64,000 nt of DNA from Gordius albopunctatus (lineage: Eukaryota): the NCBI GenBank assembly GCA_964276515.1, contig OZ193909.1, positions 10,664,001 to 10,728,000 on the forward strand, read 5' to 3'. Under the pieces are notes generated by a model that was not told the DNA's origin, did not search any database, and saw only the letters and a program-made list of their open reading frames with translations. Of this stretch, positions 12,681-25,112 are shown in pieces. The position numbers were made by a program, and so were the translations under genes. Position 1 is the first letter of the stretch. Each line of letters opens with the position of its first letter.

Positions 12681-14794
12681 ATGCCAAAGGTACGAAGGAG
12701 TAAGAAACCTCCACCTGAAGGATGGGAGTTAATTGAACCCACATTAGATGAATTAGAGCAAAAAATGCGAGAAGGTTTGTGTCATCTTTGTCTGTTAAAC
12801 TTTTGTTTAAATAATATTGTCTTAATATATCTATATGTATATTTTCCTTCAATATTTTAGCTGAAACTGATTCTCATGAAGGTAAAAGAAAGGTTGAGGC
12901 TTTATGGCCTATATTTAAAATTCACCATCAAAAAACAAGATACATTTATGACTTATTTTATAAAAGAAAAGCTATATCTAAAGGTAAATTAAAATTTTTG
13001 AATATACAATGTCTTTTAGAGTTATATAATTTTTGCCTTGATGAGGGACTGGCTGACAAAAATTTAATTGCCAAATGGAAAAAAGAAGGCTATGAAAATT
13101 TGTGCTGCTTAAGATGTATACAAACTCGTGACACAAATTTTGGCACTAATTGCATATGCAGAGTTCCCAAAAATAAACTTGAAGCTGTAAGCTTATAAAA
13201 TTTATAAGATAATAATTTTTTATTATATTATGAAAATGATTTCATTTATTCATATACTTATGAATAACATTATGATCATGTTGATAATTGTTTTCTTGTA
13301 AATGATTTTAATAACCGCACAAACATTTTAAACTGAAAATTTCTTTTCATTAATTGCTATAAATATTTTAAGTATGTTAATACATTGCATGCAAATGATA
13401 TTTTGCTGCTCAGTGATTTGTAAACATTTCAGGCCCATGTTTTGCCTCTTTAAAATTTAATCTCACAATATTTATTCTAATTCCTTCCAAAATTTATCAA
13501 CATATCTGTTCTAACCTTTGAAACATTGGTATTGAGATCCTAAGTATTTGTTAGAAAAATGTAAATTTATTCAATTTTTAAAATATTAACTTTTGTACAT
13601 GCCAGCCATATTTGGTTTAGTTTTTTAATCTATTTGACTGAAAATATTTTAAATCAATATCATGCATACAGTTTTTAGTATAGTGATTTTAACTTAGCTT
13701 TACCATTGGGCAACGTTGCAAATTTATGCAATTTCATAAATAGTTTAAATAACAATTTTAGGATGTCTCAAAATAATTTATAATTTTCACTCTTATATTA
13801 TTCTTTTATTAAAAAATATAGTGTATTTACAACTTTTTAAAGCTAAATTTGTGGAAAATTGAAGATTATAAATATAACCCTACGCAGAAACTTATGAATT
13901 TATTTTGTAATGGACCCTGATACACAAATAAGTTTATATCAGTTTTAAATTCATTCTATTGTAATTAAATGTCCATTTGAATTTTCTAAAAAATTGAATA
14001 TTTATCATTGGTTTAAAGCTAACACACAGGTCTAAAAAAAGTCAATACTTTAATTACGTAACTTAATATGCTCTATAATTTTTATTTCAAATTTATTTTG
14101 CCCCCAAATGCATTTTTTAAGACCCAGTCATGTTAGTCTCCTTTCAAATCCATTTATCTTTTTTTACATTTAAATTAAAATAATTATATGGCATAAAGGT
14201 CTGGCACACTTATAGTAACTGACATGGCCGGACCCACAATAAGCCTAAATATATTAATGCTGTTTTGTTCAGATTTCAATATAATTTTAAACTTTTCATT
14301 TGGCATAAACTACAAATTTGATTAAAAATTATAAGAGCAAAAATTTTAGGAAGTTCTAGCTCGAGAGGCACCTATTAAGCATTCCATGTGTTGCTAATGG
14401 TAAAAAGGTTTTGAATAGCCAAATTAAAATTTTGAAAGCCCATTCAAATTTAGTATTAATTATATGATTTTTTCCATCTTATTTTCTAAATTATTTTCTT
14501 TAAATCCATGGTGAGTAACTATACAAATTTGCACATTAATTTGTCCTCAGTTTTCATGCTTATTATAATTTAGTTTTCCTAAAATTGGTTTGTATTTATG
14601 ATTGCTCATTTTAATTAATTATAGCTCCATATTAACTTTCTAATTTAATACGTAGAAAACTTAATAAAATAACATAAATAGCATATAGATTGATATTTTT
14701 ATTTCCAAAATATCAAGTCATTATAACTATGCTTTAAATTTAGGGACGAGTTGTTGAATGTATACATTGTGGATGTCGAGGATGTTCAGGATAA
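12681..14794 (+). CDS. BUD31: Pre-mRNA splicing factor BUD31/G10; exons 12681-12774, 12861-12983, 13020-13186, 14744-14794 (144 aa)
   Basis: [98 protein letters not shown]; all introns GT-AG; exon sum 435 nt. Confidence 0.97.
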
Positions 14795-14977
14795 TATATA
14801 TGATCATTCAATGCCTATTATTGTTTGTAAATATCCTAATCTATGTTATATATTGAACATGTGAATGACATTATAAATACATTTTATTTCAAATCCTTTA
14901 AAGTTTATGTGTTTTTAGCATATTTTAATATAATATTATTGTCTTGTTTATGTGACAAAAAAGTCCAAGTTGATAGC

Positions 14978-15109
14978 CATGGGCGTAGCTGACGTGGGCG
15001 GCCGCCTCCCACCTAAACTCTTAAAAACTCTTATGTTTTGCCCCTTCTACCCCCTAATTGAACTTAAACAACTTTCGTCCCCCTAATCCAAAACCTGCCT
15101 ACGTTCATT
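14978..15109. mobile_element. Small MITE related to the element at 39089
   Basis: Starts catgggcgtagc and ends cctgcctacgttcatt (degenerate inverted termini). Confidence 0.45.
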
Positions 15110-15285
15110 CTGATCCCATATTTTTAAAATATCAAACTGCATCCATTTAGGAAAGCAAATCATATTATAAGCGAGCCGTCCAGTTAAAGCTGACAATCAT
15201 TTTAATATTAATAATTTAATTTAAGGTAAAATTTGTATGTATTTTCCTTCAAATTCGTTTACCTTCTTTTAAACATTAGTCTTTA

Positions 15286-16020
15286 GCGCGTAGCCAGGAT
15301 TTTCTTAAGAGGGGCGAATTTCCGAAATTTATTTTTATAATATAATTAAAATATCAGTTTTGCATAATATACAAAACGTTATAAAAATAATAGCCATTAA
15401 AAACTTCGCCCATAGTTGCATGTGGTTTTGGTGAGACAGGGTATGTATTAAATTAGTCTTTGGGTTATAAATAATTATAAAAGTCGATAATGCGTCAAGA
15501 GCATTCTTGAATTGACAGGTCTCCTAAGTGTGGGGCAATTATACCAAAAATTTAAGTCTACTTTTAGATTTCTATTGTGCCATTTAAATCACCAAATTAA
15601 AGATCGGCCTAAAAATTATTTTTTCCTTTATTTCTGGCAAAATAATTGACGGATCTTTCTGAAACGAGAATTGAAAGGATCTTGGAAATAAGATTAAAAA
15701 GTTAGCTCGAACTTGTTTTTCGAAAAATCATTCATTTGTTAATTACATGAAGGAATCAAGCAGGGTGTAATAAAATACAGATTCTACCTCTTGGCAGATC
15801 TATCTAGGTTACTTTTATCAAAATCATAAAAATTAGTTTTAAGTTCTGCTAAGTAAGAAATTTGATGAAACGTTTTTTCAACATTGTTTCATGTAGATTG
15901 CATCTCAGTTCAAAAAAAGGTGTATTTAAACATTTAAGGAAATTATATTAGAAATTAGTAAATAAATTGCAGGTTAATGATACACTTTAGAAGATAATAA
16001 CAACCCCTTTCAGGAGTGCC
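15286..16020 (-). mobile_element. Degenerate hAT-like transposon remnant
   Basis: gcgcgtagccaggatttt TIR-like end at 15287; the minus strand gives broken transposase-like peptides (e.g. FYYTLLDSF). Weak. Confidence 0.3.
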
Positions 16021-16070
16021 CGCAATTAAATTAAAAGAATACTCTAATTAGCGCCATCTATGTTGTTTTT

Positions 16071-19000
16071 GTGATAGTCCATTCCCCAATAAATGTCCCA
16101 AAACCCCCTCCCAAAATAATTAGCACAATATCCCCTCCCCTAATACAGGTTCCAACCTCCCCTTGCCTACTAGAGATACCAAAACCCCTTACTCTAATAA
16201 GCAGCCCCACCCCCTCAATGTCCCTGCCAACCTCAATAACAAACCTTACAGTGGATAGCAAGCCCTCCTCGGGATGCTTGCCTTTAAAAATAAGGGAAGC
16301 AAGGAATGATGTAGTAAACGCTCCTGGTGAATATAAGGAGGATAGTAGGTTAAGCTTGGCAGGATTAATGGGAGGGTGGTATTTAAATAAAAGTCCGTTA
16401 GCTTGTTTAGGGATAGATAATAAGAAGGTAGAATTTTTGATGCATACGGGTGCGACCATTAGCATTATGGGTGCAACCAAATTTAAAAAATTGTGGCCTA
16501 ATAGACCCTGGGAAAAACCGAATATTAAAATAAAGCAAGTGGATGGGTCAGAGATTGTAGTAATAGGTAAAGTTAAGGTAGAAGTTATTATTGAGAATAA
16601 TAAATTAACTTTACCCCTCTATATCACGTCCGTGGAGATAAGACCGATTCTGGGGTGGGAATGGCTCAAGGTGATAGGGCCGTTGAACAAGTGGTTTGGC
16701 TTGTGCGAAAAAATCCAATGTAATGGACCACAGGAAGAGAGTGGAAAGGATTTTGGCGGAGCAGGTAGGAATCCCTTAAGGATGCCATGTATGGTTTGGG
16801 CTCTAAAGTCTACCTCTCCCGGGGCCGAAATAGACAGACTATCGGTAGTAAAGACGGAGTCGGGGGATCAACCGACATCTTCTACCGACACTCTTAATCT
16901 TATGGGTGGCGATGCAGTCCGTTCCCTGAGTGGTTGGTCAGAAAGTCTACAGCGGATGTTGGAAGGGTTCACGTCTATCTTTATAGACGAGCTAGGATGT
17001 CTAAGGGGATACGAGTATGACATCCTACTCAAGCCAGGCCCTGTACCAGGGTTTTGGCCAGCGCGAAGAATACCATTTGTTTGGCGGGAGAAAGTGGAAG
17101 CCATCTTGCTACAATGGGTAGAGCAAGGAATAATCGAGCCGGTGGAATATAGCGAATGGGCTACGCCACTAGTACCAGTCAAAAAGCCCGACGGCACCTT
17201 GCGCCTTTGCGCGGACTACAGGGTTTCTCTTAACCCGTGGGTAGTAGAAATAAAGTATCCTCTACCCAGAATCGAAGAAATTTTCGCAAATCTCAAGGGT
17301 GCAAAATATTTTAGTAATCTGGACTTTGCTAACGCGTACCTCCAAATCAAGTTAAATAGCCGCTCCTCTAAGTTGACCACAATAAACACATCCTTAGGCT
17401 TGTTCGTGGTTAAAAGACTGCTTTTCGGTCTCAGCCTAAGTGCGCCGGTGTTTCAGAAGACCATGGCGTCAATATTTCAAGGTCTTTCTGTTGTGTTTTA
17501 CTACTTAGACGACGTTCTGGTAGTGGGAGCTACAATAAATGAGCACTACAATAACTTGTTGGCAGTGTTGGAACGCATACAGGAACGAGGTTTACGGGTA
17601 CAGCGTAGTAAATGCGCTATAGGAGTGACAGAACTAAAATATTTGGGGCATCAATTGGGTGATGGAGTCGTTCGTCCCTTACAGAGCAAGGTGGATGCGA
17701 TCCTTAAGATGCGACCACCTCAAAACCAGAAAGAAACCCTATCCTTTCTGGGATCGGTGAATTACTACAACAGGTTTATGCCTCAAATTGCGGGGATAGC
17801 GGCACCTTTGTACTTGTTGACAACCGACAAGGTAATATTTGTATGGCGGACCGAGGAGCAGGAAGCGTTCGATACGTTAAAGAAGATTTTAACGGAAGGC
17901 CCTGTGCTGACATGCTTTGTTCCCGATCTACCATTAGCTGTAGCGGTGGATGCGTCTCAGCTAGGTGTAGGCGGTGTGCTATTGCATGTAATTGGTCAGG
18001 AGGAACACCCAATTTTATACTTTTCACGAAAATTTTCCAATGCAGAACATAATTACTCGGTGATCGAAAAGGAAGCTTTGGTGGTGGTAGTGAGTTTGAC
18101 CCGTTGCCGTGAATACTTGATTGGTCGAGGTTTCGATATTTTTACCGACCACAAACCGCTGGTATCACCTTTTGCAAAGGACAATAGGGATCTATTGTTA
18201 AATCCGAGGCTGCAAAAATGGTTATTGGTGCTGGTAAGTTTCAATGCAACTATAAAATACCGTAAAGGTAAGTCAAATCACTTGCCTTGCCGGACACATT
18301 ATCAAGATTGGGAAACGATAATGATGCCCTAACATTCGAAGAGTTAGAAGGCGAAAACTTTGCAGAAGTAAACTTAATAACAAAAAATTGTGGAGATGTC
18401 GATCTTGCAAAATTAGTCCGAGAGGATCCAGACTTAATTTTGGTGTTAAATTACTTGACGGGGAAGAGTACACTAGAAACGTTACCAGCTACTTATCGAA
18501 GCTTAATAAACGAATTGGAGGTCAACAACAACGTGTTACTACGCAACGAAAATATAGTGATTCCGTTTGTGTTGCGACCTCAAGTACTAGAATTACTTCA
18601 TGCAGGTCATACGGGCATAGCTAAGATGAAAGGTCTAGCGAAAAGACACGTCTGGTGGCCCAAGATATCAAGAGATATTACCTTGTTCGTGGGACAATGC
18701 GGACAATGCGTAAAACTTGCCAGGACGCCAAGACACGACAAGAAGGCGAGATAGCCGTCCACAACACAAGTTTGGGAAAGAGTACACCTGGACTTCTTTG
18801 ATTTTGAAGGAAAACGATATATTATTCTCGTAGATGCTCACTCGAGTTGGGTCGAATATAAGCAAGTGAGCAAGTTGTCTACGAATGTAGTGGTCGAATT
18901 CTTAAAAGATCTTGCAGGGGCTTATGGTATACCGAAGACGATTGTATCCGACAACGGCACTGCTTTTACCAGCGTCGAGTTCAAGGAATTTTATAGTAAA

Positions 19001-19429
19001 TGCGGTATACAGCATTTACTTACACCTCCGTATCATCCGAGTACGAATGGACTCGCGGAAAGGCACGTGGCTGTGGTGAAACGATGGTTGAAGAACGCTA
19101 AGGTCGAAAAGGACGGGACTTGGCTTTATCGACTTTACCAAAACGTCGCATCAAGGTTCTCTTCTCGACATCCGGTTAGCGAGATGTTCTTGGTCCGTTT
19201 GCCACACACGCCTGTTGATATGATGTTACAATCAGCGCAATCGGATACCAGATCACAGGGCGATTCTAAATTTAAAATCGGTGATGCGGTGTGGGCGCGT
19301 AATTATATTGGTCAAGAGAAGTGGTTAGAGGCTAAGATCCTATCTCCGAAAGGTACGAAAATGTACGAGATAGAGGTTCTAGCTTCTCCTGGTAGACACG
19401 TGGAGCAGTTACGCTCTAGATCGATATAA
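16071..19429 (+). mobile_element. Ty3/Gypsy pol, copy B (protease, RT, RNase H, integrase); 5'-truncated, lightly disabled
   Basis: 753-aa ORF with FLMHTGAT (catalytic D changed to H), LRLCADYR, YYLDDVLV, DAS/EKEAL/TDHKPL. A 5-bp ttgcc duplication near 18283 causes a frameshift, there is a TGG>TAG stop at 18752, and then the integrase core SDNGTAF..PPYHPSTNGLAER. Confidence 0.95.
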
Positions 19430-19452
19430 TCATCTTTTTATATTTTATCTAG

Positions 19453-20153
19453 ATGGAATACCGTACCGAATGGGTGGTCGTAGAAGTGCGTTTGAGAGCG
19501 GTAGCCCACGGACGAAGGGGGAGGCCGAGACCTGTCGAGTTTGAGGTCAGAGAGAGGCGGCCTATGGAACCCTACATTAGCGTGCTGCACGAGGACACTC
19601 GCAAGTATGAAAGGGCGTCAGGTCGGCACGGACGGGCAACTCGTCACGAGGCAGCTAGACCTCATTCGGGCAGGGAGAGTGACGCGGTACACAGACACCG
19701 TGGCCAGCCCGAGGTTTAGCTGGACTGGTTGACCTGGGGCAGCAGCAAAGTGTGGCCCCGCCCGCGGTCCGAAATATACCGACGCGAGGTACATCATTTC
19801 GCCAGGGACGTCCTGAGGCAAGGACGGAGGAAAGAAGGAGACCGTCGCGGGATCCGCAGAAAGGACGGCCGGCAGTACCAAGGCAAGCTAGAGCCTTCTG
19901 CAGGTGATGCAGAAGCTGGCACCGTTTGCCAAGGTGTAGACGAGGGATCCCGTCCAGACCGGCAAAGCAAGAAAGGACGGTGGAGCCGGTAGAAACGTTG
20001 ACGACGGTGGAGCCGGTACGTGTGGAAGGGGTTACGATGGACACCAGCCAGGTCGTGGTCAACCCGGAGGAAGAATTGACATTATTAGTAAATACGCCCG
20101 GGCGGGACAGCTTGGACCTGGTGGTCCCTCATTTTGAAAGGATGAGGTGTTAG
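19453..20153 (+). pseudogene. Disrupted extra ORF between integrase and 3' LTR in Gypsy copy B
   Basis: MEYRTEWVVVEVRLR..RRGRPRP..ERRPMEPY; LDLIR..TRYTDTVA; AFCR*CRSWHRLPRC; QVVVNPEEE..DLVVPHFERMRC*; matches copy A across frameshifts. Confidence 0.65.
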
Positions 20154-20499
20154 GATCAGTAACCTTTTCCATGCGTGTATTATTATGATAACTACAATTT
20201 TTGTTTATAATGTAACGAATAGACAAAGTATCTGGTTAAAAAGAATCACGTGTTGTATAATCGCATGTTTTGGATATCACCTTATCTTTTCTATTGTATA
20301 ACCTGATCTATCGCGTGATGTAATTTGAATATTGTTGGGGCGAATCGTTTGGTTGGAATATTGTTCAGCGAGAGAAATTATAATTATTGTTCGGCGAAAT
20401 CATCATTAATATTGTTCGCGATATACTCAGAATAAAATTATAAAGCCCTCAAGGAAGACTAGATTAAATAGTTATTAAAATAAGATTTTTATATAAACA
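20148..20499 (+). repeat. Putative 3' LTR of Gypsy copy B
   Basis: Purine tract gaaaggatgagg followed immediately by TGTTAGG at 20148; AATAAA at 20431; candidate end ...taaaca at 20499. No second LTR in the window to confirm the boundary. Confidence 0.55.
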
Positions 20500-20539
20500 T
20501 TTATACTTCGTGCCCACTTTTTTATAATATAACTACCGT

Positions 20540-20735
20540 AGTCTTGTGTTTTTAAACACACTACTTCTTCCCCTAAAAGTTCTCTCCTTCATATAGCCTA
20601 GACCATCAAATCCCAGGCTACCTCGTCTACTTCCACCACGACAGGAGGCTCTAGGAATTACCTTAATCTAAATCTGAAATTATTAATCATAGTTAATGAC
20701 TTGGTTTACCCGGCTACAAAGCACCATCCACTGTC
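20540..20735 (+). mobile_element. Degenerate LINE AP-endonuclease-like fragment; near-identical segment at 23137-23273
   Basis: Translates VVLCF*T..LDHQIPGYLVY; the ~120-bp block agg.tacctcgtctacttccaccacgacagg..caccatccact recurs at 23137-23273 with an internal indel. Confidence 0.45.
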
Positions 20736-23272
20736 AAAGGAACCTATATTATGCCCAAAATCCTTCTGGCTAGTCAAAAAATATATGTGCTCGCGGCCAC
20801 ACATTATATAAACCACGATCCATGATATACATAATTTCCATGGACCCGACTCAGCGTCTCAAGCATCAGCACTCAATAGTAACGAGGAAATTAATTGATT
20901 AATATATTCAGAGCGATTTAGAAAAGAAATTTAGGATCAAAGGAGTTGGGGAAGTTAGAGATCACATCCCTATGAGAAGCATAAGAAGGATTTCCTCTTC
21001 GAAATCGCCGATGATTGAGATTAATAAAATAAAGTAATTGACATTCTGTCGGAGATTGCTTAAAAAGACTAAAGACTGCATAGTTTAAAACAGATTTGAA
21101 TATCTAAGTAAATAAATCAACAACTTTCATTTGAACCCTCCACCAGCTATGTCGAGGATGACCCTTTAACCTTAAAAGGCAGGGTCTGAGGTTAGAAGTA
21201 GTGAACGCAATTGTATTAGAATGGCAGTGGCGACATGTGGTGTTAATTCGACGAAAATCAGCGGGGAAGAGATAGCTTTAGGTTGGCTTCGAAGTCGTGC
21301 AACCTAGCTAGGTATCTCTGACAACTCCATTAAAATTAATGATAGTTCAAAAGAAGGTTTCTACATCGCTGCCTAAATATTATGAAGTGCCGTAACATCT
21401 GTCCGTCACTAGAATCTTGGCCCATAGACCAAAAGATTGCTTAAATCAAATATATTTATGGATATAAAGTGCTGTCAAAAACGACACCATCCTGAATATC
21501 TACGTAGTTTATACAAAGCGATGGATTGTATTAATAATCATTTATCTTATATTATCTAACCATCTAATTTAATCTTTATAATGATTTGATTTTTATTGCA
21601 AACTATATTAGTTATACAGAATTCAGGGTCATGAGCGCTTAGTCGATTAGTTTTTGTCTTTGAACATAGCTCTCGGTTCATATCCTGCTTTCGGCACCTT
21701 CTTTTAAAATATGCACATTTTATCACATCGTCAACACAGCTGTCAGGCCTGGATAGCCGAGGGTCACCTCACATTCAAATATCTAAAGAAACTCACCAAC
21801 TAATGTGACGGCAGCTATTGGGAATTAATTATGCGGAATCCATTTTAATAAATAGGGTTAAATTGCAAAGCGCTATAAAAGTTAATTTAGAGAAATTTTA
21901 TATTTATATCTGGTGTTTAAATTTAAAGGTCTTAGCTCATATTACCCGGCGTTATTATATCAAAATTAATATGAGTACAGCTGTTAAAGTTCAAAAAAAT
22001 TAGTTCAAGTTCATATTTTTTAAAAAGTAGTTAATTTGAATTGAAGTTCATTTCAGAAAAAACAAACTACAGTTCTTAATTCAAATTTTACAAAATGAAC
22101 TAGAAAAAGTTCTTTATAGTTCTGTTTATTAAAAAAATATATTAAAAAAATTTTGATCCGATCCGAGGAGTTTATGAAAAACGTTTTATCTGATCCAAAA
22201 TCAGTTTTTTTAAATCTAAGTCTGATCCGCAATTTAAAAATTCTATGAGTCCCATTTTTATTGATGATTGAGTAATTATTTAAACTTTTTATTGTTTATT
22301 TTAAATTAGAAATATTCTATTTAAAATCTAATTTAATAAACATTTCTCATATACCAACAAGCTTTTTTTACAAAACTATATCAGCTATATAATTTTGTAA
22401 AATAATTCAATTTGTAAAACTTTTATTAATCATTTCAAATAATATAATAAATATAATTACAATTTATAATAGAAAACAGGGGAGAGTAGATGGGAATTAG
22501 ACTTCAATAAAATATTATTTTCAAAATTATCATTTAATAAAGAAGAACGTTTATCCTTAAAGATAAGTTTTCCAAAACTTAACTATCGATAGGAGCACTA
22601 GATGGAAGGCAAACGTTATATTTAATAAAAATTTATTTTAAATTGGGGAATTCATTATTTATTTCAAACTATTATTCAGTTTTATAAAGTTTTCAATGAT
22701 ATCTTTATTAAAGTTATCACGTCATATCCAATAGCGTTATAAATATTTTCCTGACAGTCTAATCAGATATTAAAGAATCAAGATGCATGTCCAAAATTAT
22801 AACACTTTTTAAAAGAGGCTAAGCAATCCATTAGTCCGTGTCTCGGTCTAGACGACCAAACCATCTATATATTTGACAAAGCATAAGATCTTCCAGACTT
22901 TTCGGCCTTTTTTGATGTTTTAAGCCATTTCACCATACCCAATCCCAGTATTATTATCCAATCATGGACGCCTAACGGCCATGATTGGACCTGTGGGTTC
23001 CGACAGGGCATGCCCTGTTATCCCCCACAGCGTTTATTGATTATAAATCTATAAACTATGTATCGTATTTATCAGGTGTAGTGACGGTAAATAAACATAC
23101 AACAAAAATGACGCGTAAGGTGGCGGTTAAAAAGACAGGTTACCTCGTCTACTTCCACCACGACAGGAGGCTCTAGGAATTACCTTAATCTAAATCCCAA
23201 CCCCTTATCCATTGTTGAAATTATTAATCATAGTTAATGACTTGGTTTACCCGGCTACAAAACACCATCCAC

Positions 23273-23389
23273 TATTGGAATAAATGGGAAAAAGGTGTTA
23301 TAAAGATAAACGTCGAACGCGAATTTCCAAAGAGCGTTTGGTAAACTAGGGTTTCTCTTTATATATGCGTGCATAGTGATGCATGCGGG
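23273..23389 (-). repeat. 3' terminal direct repeat of the retroelement
   Basis: 117 bp with 2 mismatches versus 26038-26154; lies ~20 nt after the RNase H stop codon. Confidence 0.95.
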
Positions 23390-23409
23390 GGTTAGTTAGG
23401 TTCTGCGCC

Positions 23410-25112
23410 TTAATTTATTGAAATTTCGCCACCGGCCCAGGTAGACCAGTCGAAGAGATCTTCTTCGTCGAACACGTCCGGTATCGTTTTGCTTTCCGGG
23501 GGTAGTCCCGATAGGATGGATGGAACTGTATATCTCTCCGGGGGGAGCCAGGTGCACGATGGGTAGTCTGCTGGGTTTTCCTCCGTCGGAATCCATTGAA
23601 TGTTATACCTTATTGCTAGTAGCGCGTTTAGGCCATATTCTTTTACGAATCTTGAGATCAGTTCCTCGATGATCGGTGAGTTTGATCCCCCCTTCATCAG
23701 TACGTAGTACGCAGTGGTAGAGTCCGTGCGGATTCTTGGGAACGGGGTGCCTTCGAACCGAGATACTAGATATCCGTATATTGCTCCCAACGTTTCGCAC
23801 AGCGTGATGTGCGGGTTCGGGGGGAGCGTGAAGTTGAGTGCCGCGGCTGCGTCCTCGAATGTTATGGACAGGTTGTTGCTCCCCCATGTGATCCCAATAT
23901 GTTTGTCTGATGCGTCTGTGTATACGGTCAGGTCCGGTGGTACGTAGAGTGGAATGCGCTGCTTAAGGGATGTAACTATGGCCAGAAGTTTAAAGCATGT
24001 GTGGTTCATGTTAAAAAGCCTTGAGCGATCTAAAAGCTTTGACATGCCCGTTAAGTTGTATAGGAAGTAATTAAGTACCCCTAGCGCTTCCAGCAGGATT
24101 TGGGTAGGTGGCGGTGTATTGGATGCGAAGGCAAAGAACAGAATGTCCGCCGCGTATTCCAACCTGGTGATGACCTGTGGTGAACACCTGATGGAGTGGT
24201 CCATGAATGATAGATGGAGGCCGAGGTATTCGATGTCTCGTCCGGGAAGGATCGACGATTTTCGTGCGTTCACGGTTAGCCCCCATTCCGCTGCGAGGGT
24301 GAATATGGATTCTAAGTCTTCTTGTACGTCGGAGTATGAGGACCCGTAGATGAGTATGTCATCGAGGTACACTTATACTTGCATTTCTGGACCGCTTTCT
24401 TTGTTAGGTCGCAGACTACCATTTGTAAAACGTATGGGGAGTAAGAAGCCCCCATAGGTAGTACCTTGTATCTATATTTTTGTGACTTGTATGTATATGC
24501 GGCAAATTTTTGGGCCGTTATGTTCAGTGGGATACTGAAGAAAGCGGCTTTTAAATCTACCTTGGCTACCCAATTTGCTTTGCTTAGCTGCCTTGACGTT
24601 AAGGGGATGGATGCGAGTTTAACGGGGTAATGTTTATAATTTTTGGATACCTGAGATAGGTCCGTGATTACCCTTGCATCCCCGTTGGCTTTCGGGATAA
24701 AGAATGTTGCCGATTTTATGATGTCCTTGTTTGTGGTTTCTACAACTCCCGCATCGACCATGGTTTGGAAGTATTTTGGCTTTCCCCGCGATATCGCCTT
24801 TCTCCGGGACGTGAGGAATATGCCATTGTGTTCCCGAATTTTTTCCATGTCGAATTTTGGGGTGAATCCCTTCCGTGCTATTCTCCTGGTAAAGGGTGAT
24901 TGGAGGAAGTGCGGTCGGAGTTTGGAGGTATGAATGTCTAGTTGACCGGTGGGAGGTGGAAGTTGTGGTTCTTTGTTCCACCGGAATATGGATTTGTGGA
25001 GGCCAAAAATGGGCATCGTTTCCGAGCCCATCTCCCGGCCGAAGGCGGCCTCCACTTGTTGAATGCGCTGCTCGACTTCGGGGCGAGGAAGAAAATATCG
25101 GAGTATTCCGTG
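23410..25112 (-). pseudogene. Reverse transcriptase-RNase H of the retroelement; one frameshift near 24375
   Basis: YFQTMVDAGVVETT..FFIPKANGDARVITDLSQVSK..KVDLKAAFFSIPL..KVLPMGASYSPYVLQ / VYLDDILIYG..IEYLG..VYTDASD..HITLCETLG..RTDSTT..WIPTEENPADYPS. Confidence 0.9.

Noticed and set aside
20325..20425. Four spaced a.tattgtt..gcga motifs resembling a CRISPR-like array
   Set aside because: Short, degenerate and irregularly spaced within a putative LTR in a eukaryote; no cas genes.
21626..21698. tRNA-like sequence with a B-box-like ggttcatatcc
   Set aside because: No convincing cloverleaf or anticodon arm; at best a decayed tRNA-derived SINE head.
22800..23050. Perfect palindrome acagggcatgccctgt and LINE RT-like peptide VPTGHALLSPTAF
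   Set aside because: Too degraded to call; the palindrome may be chance within an old LINE remnant.
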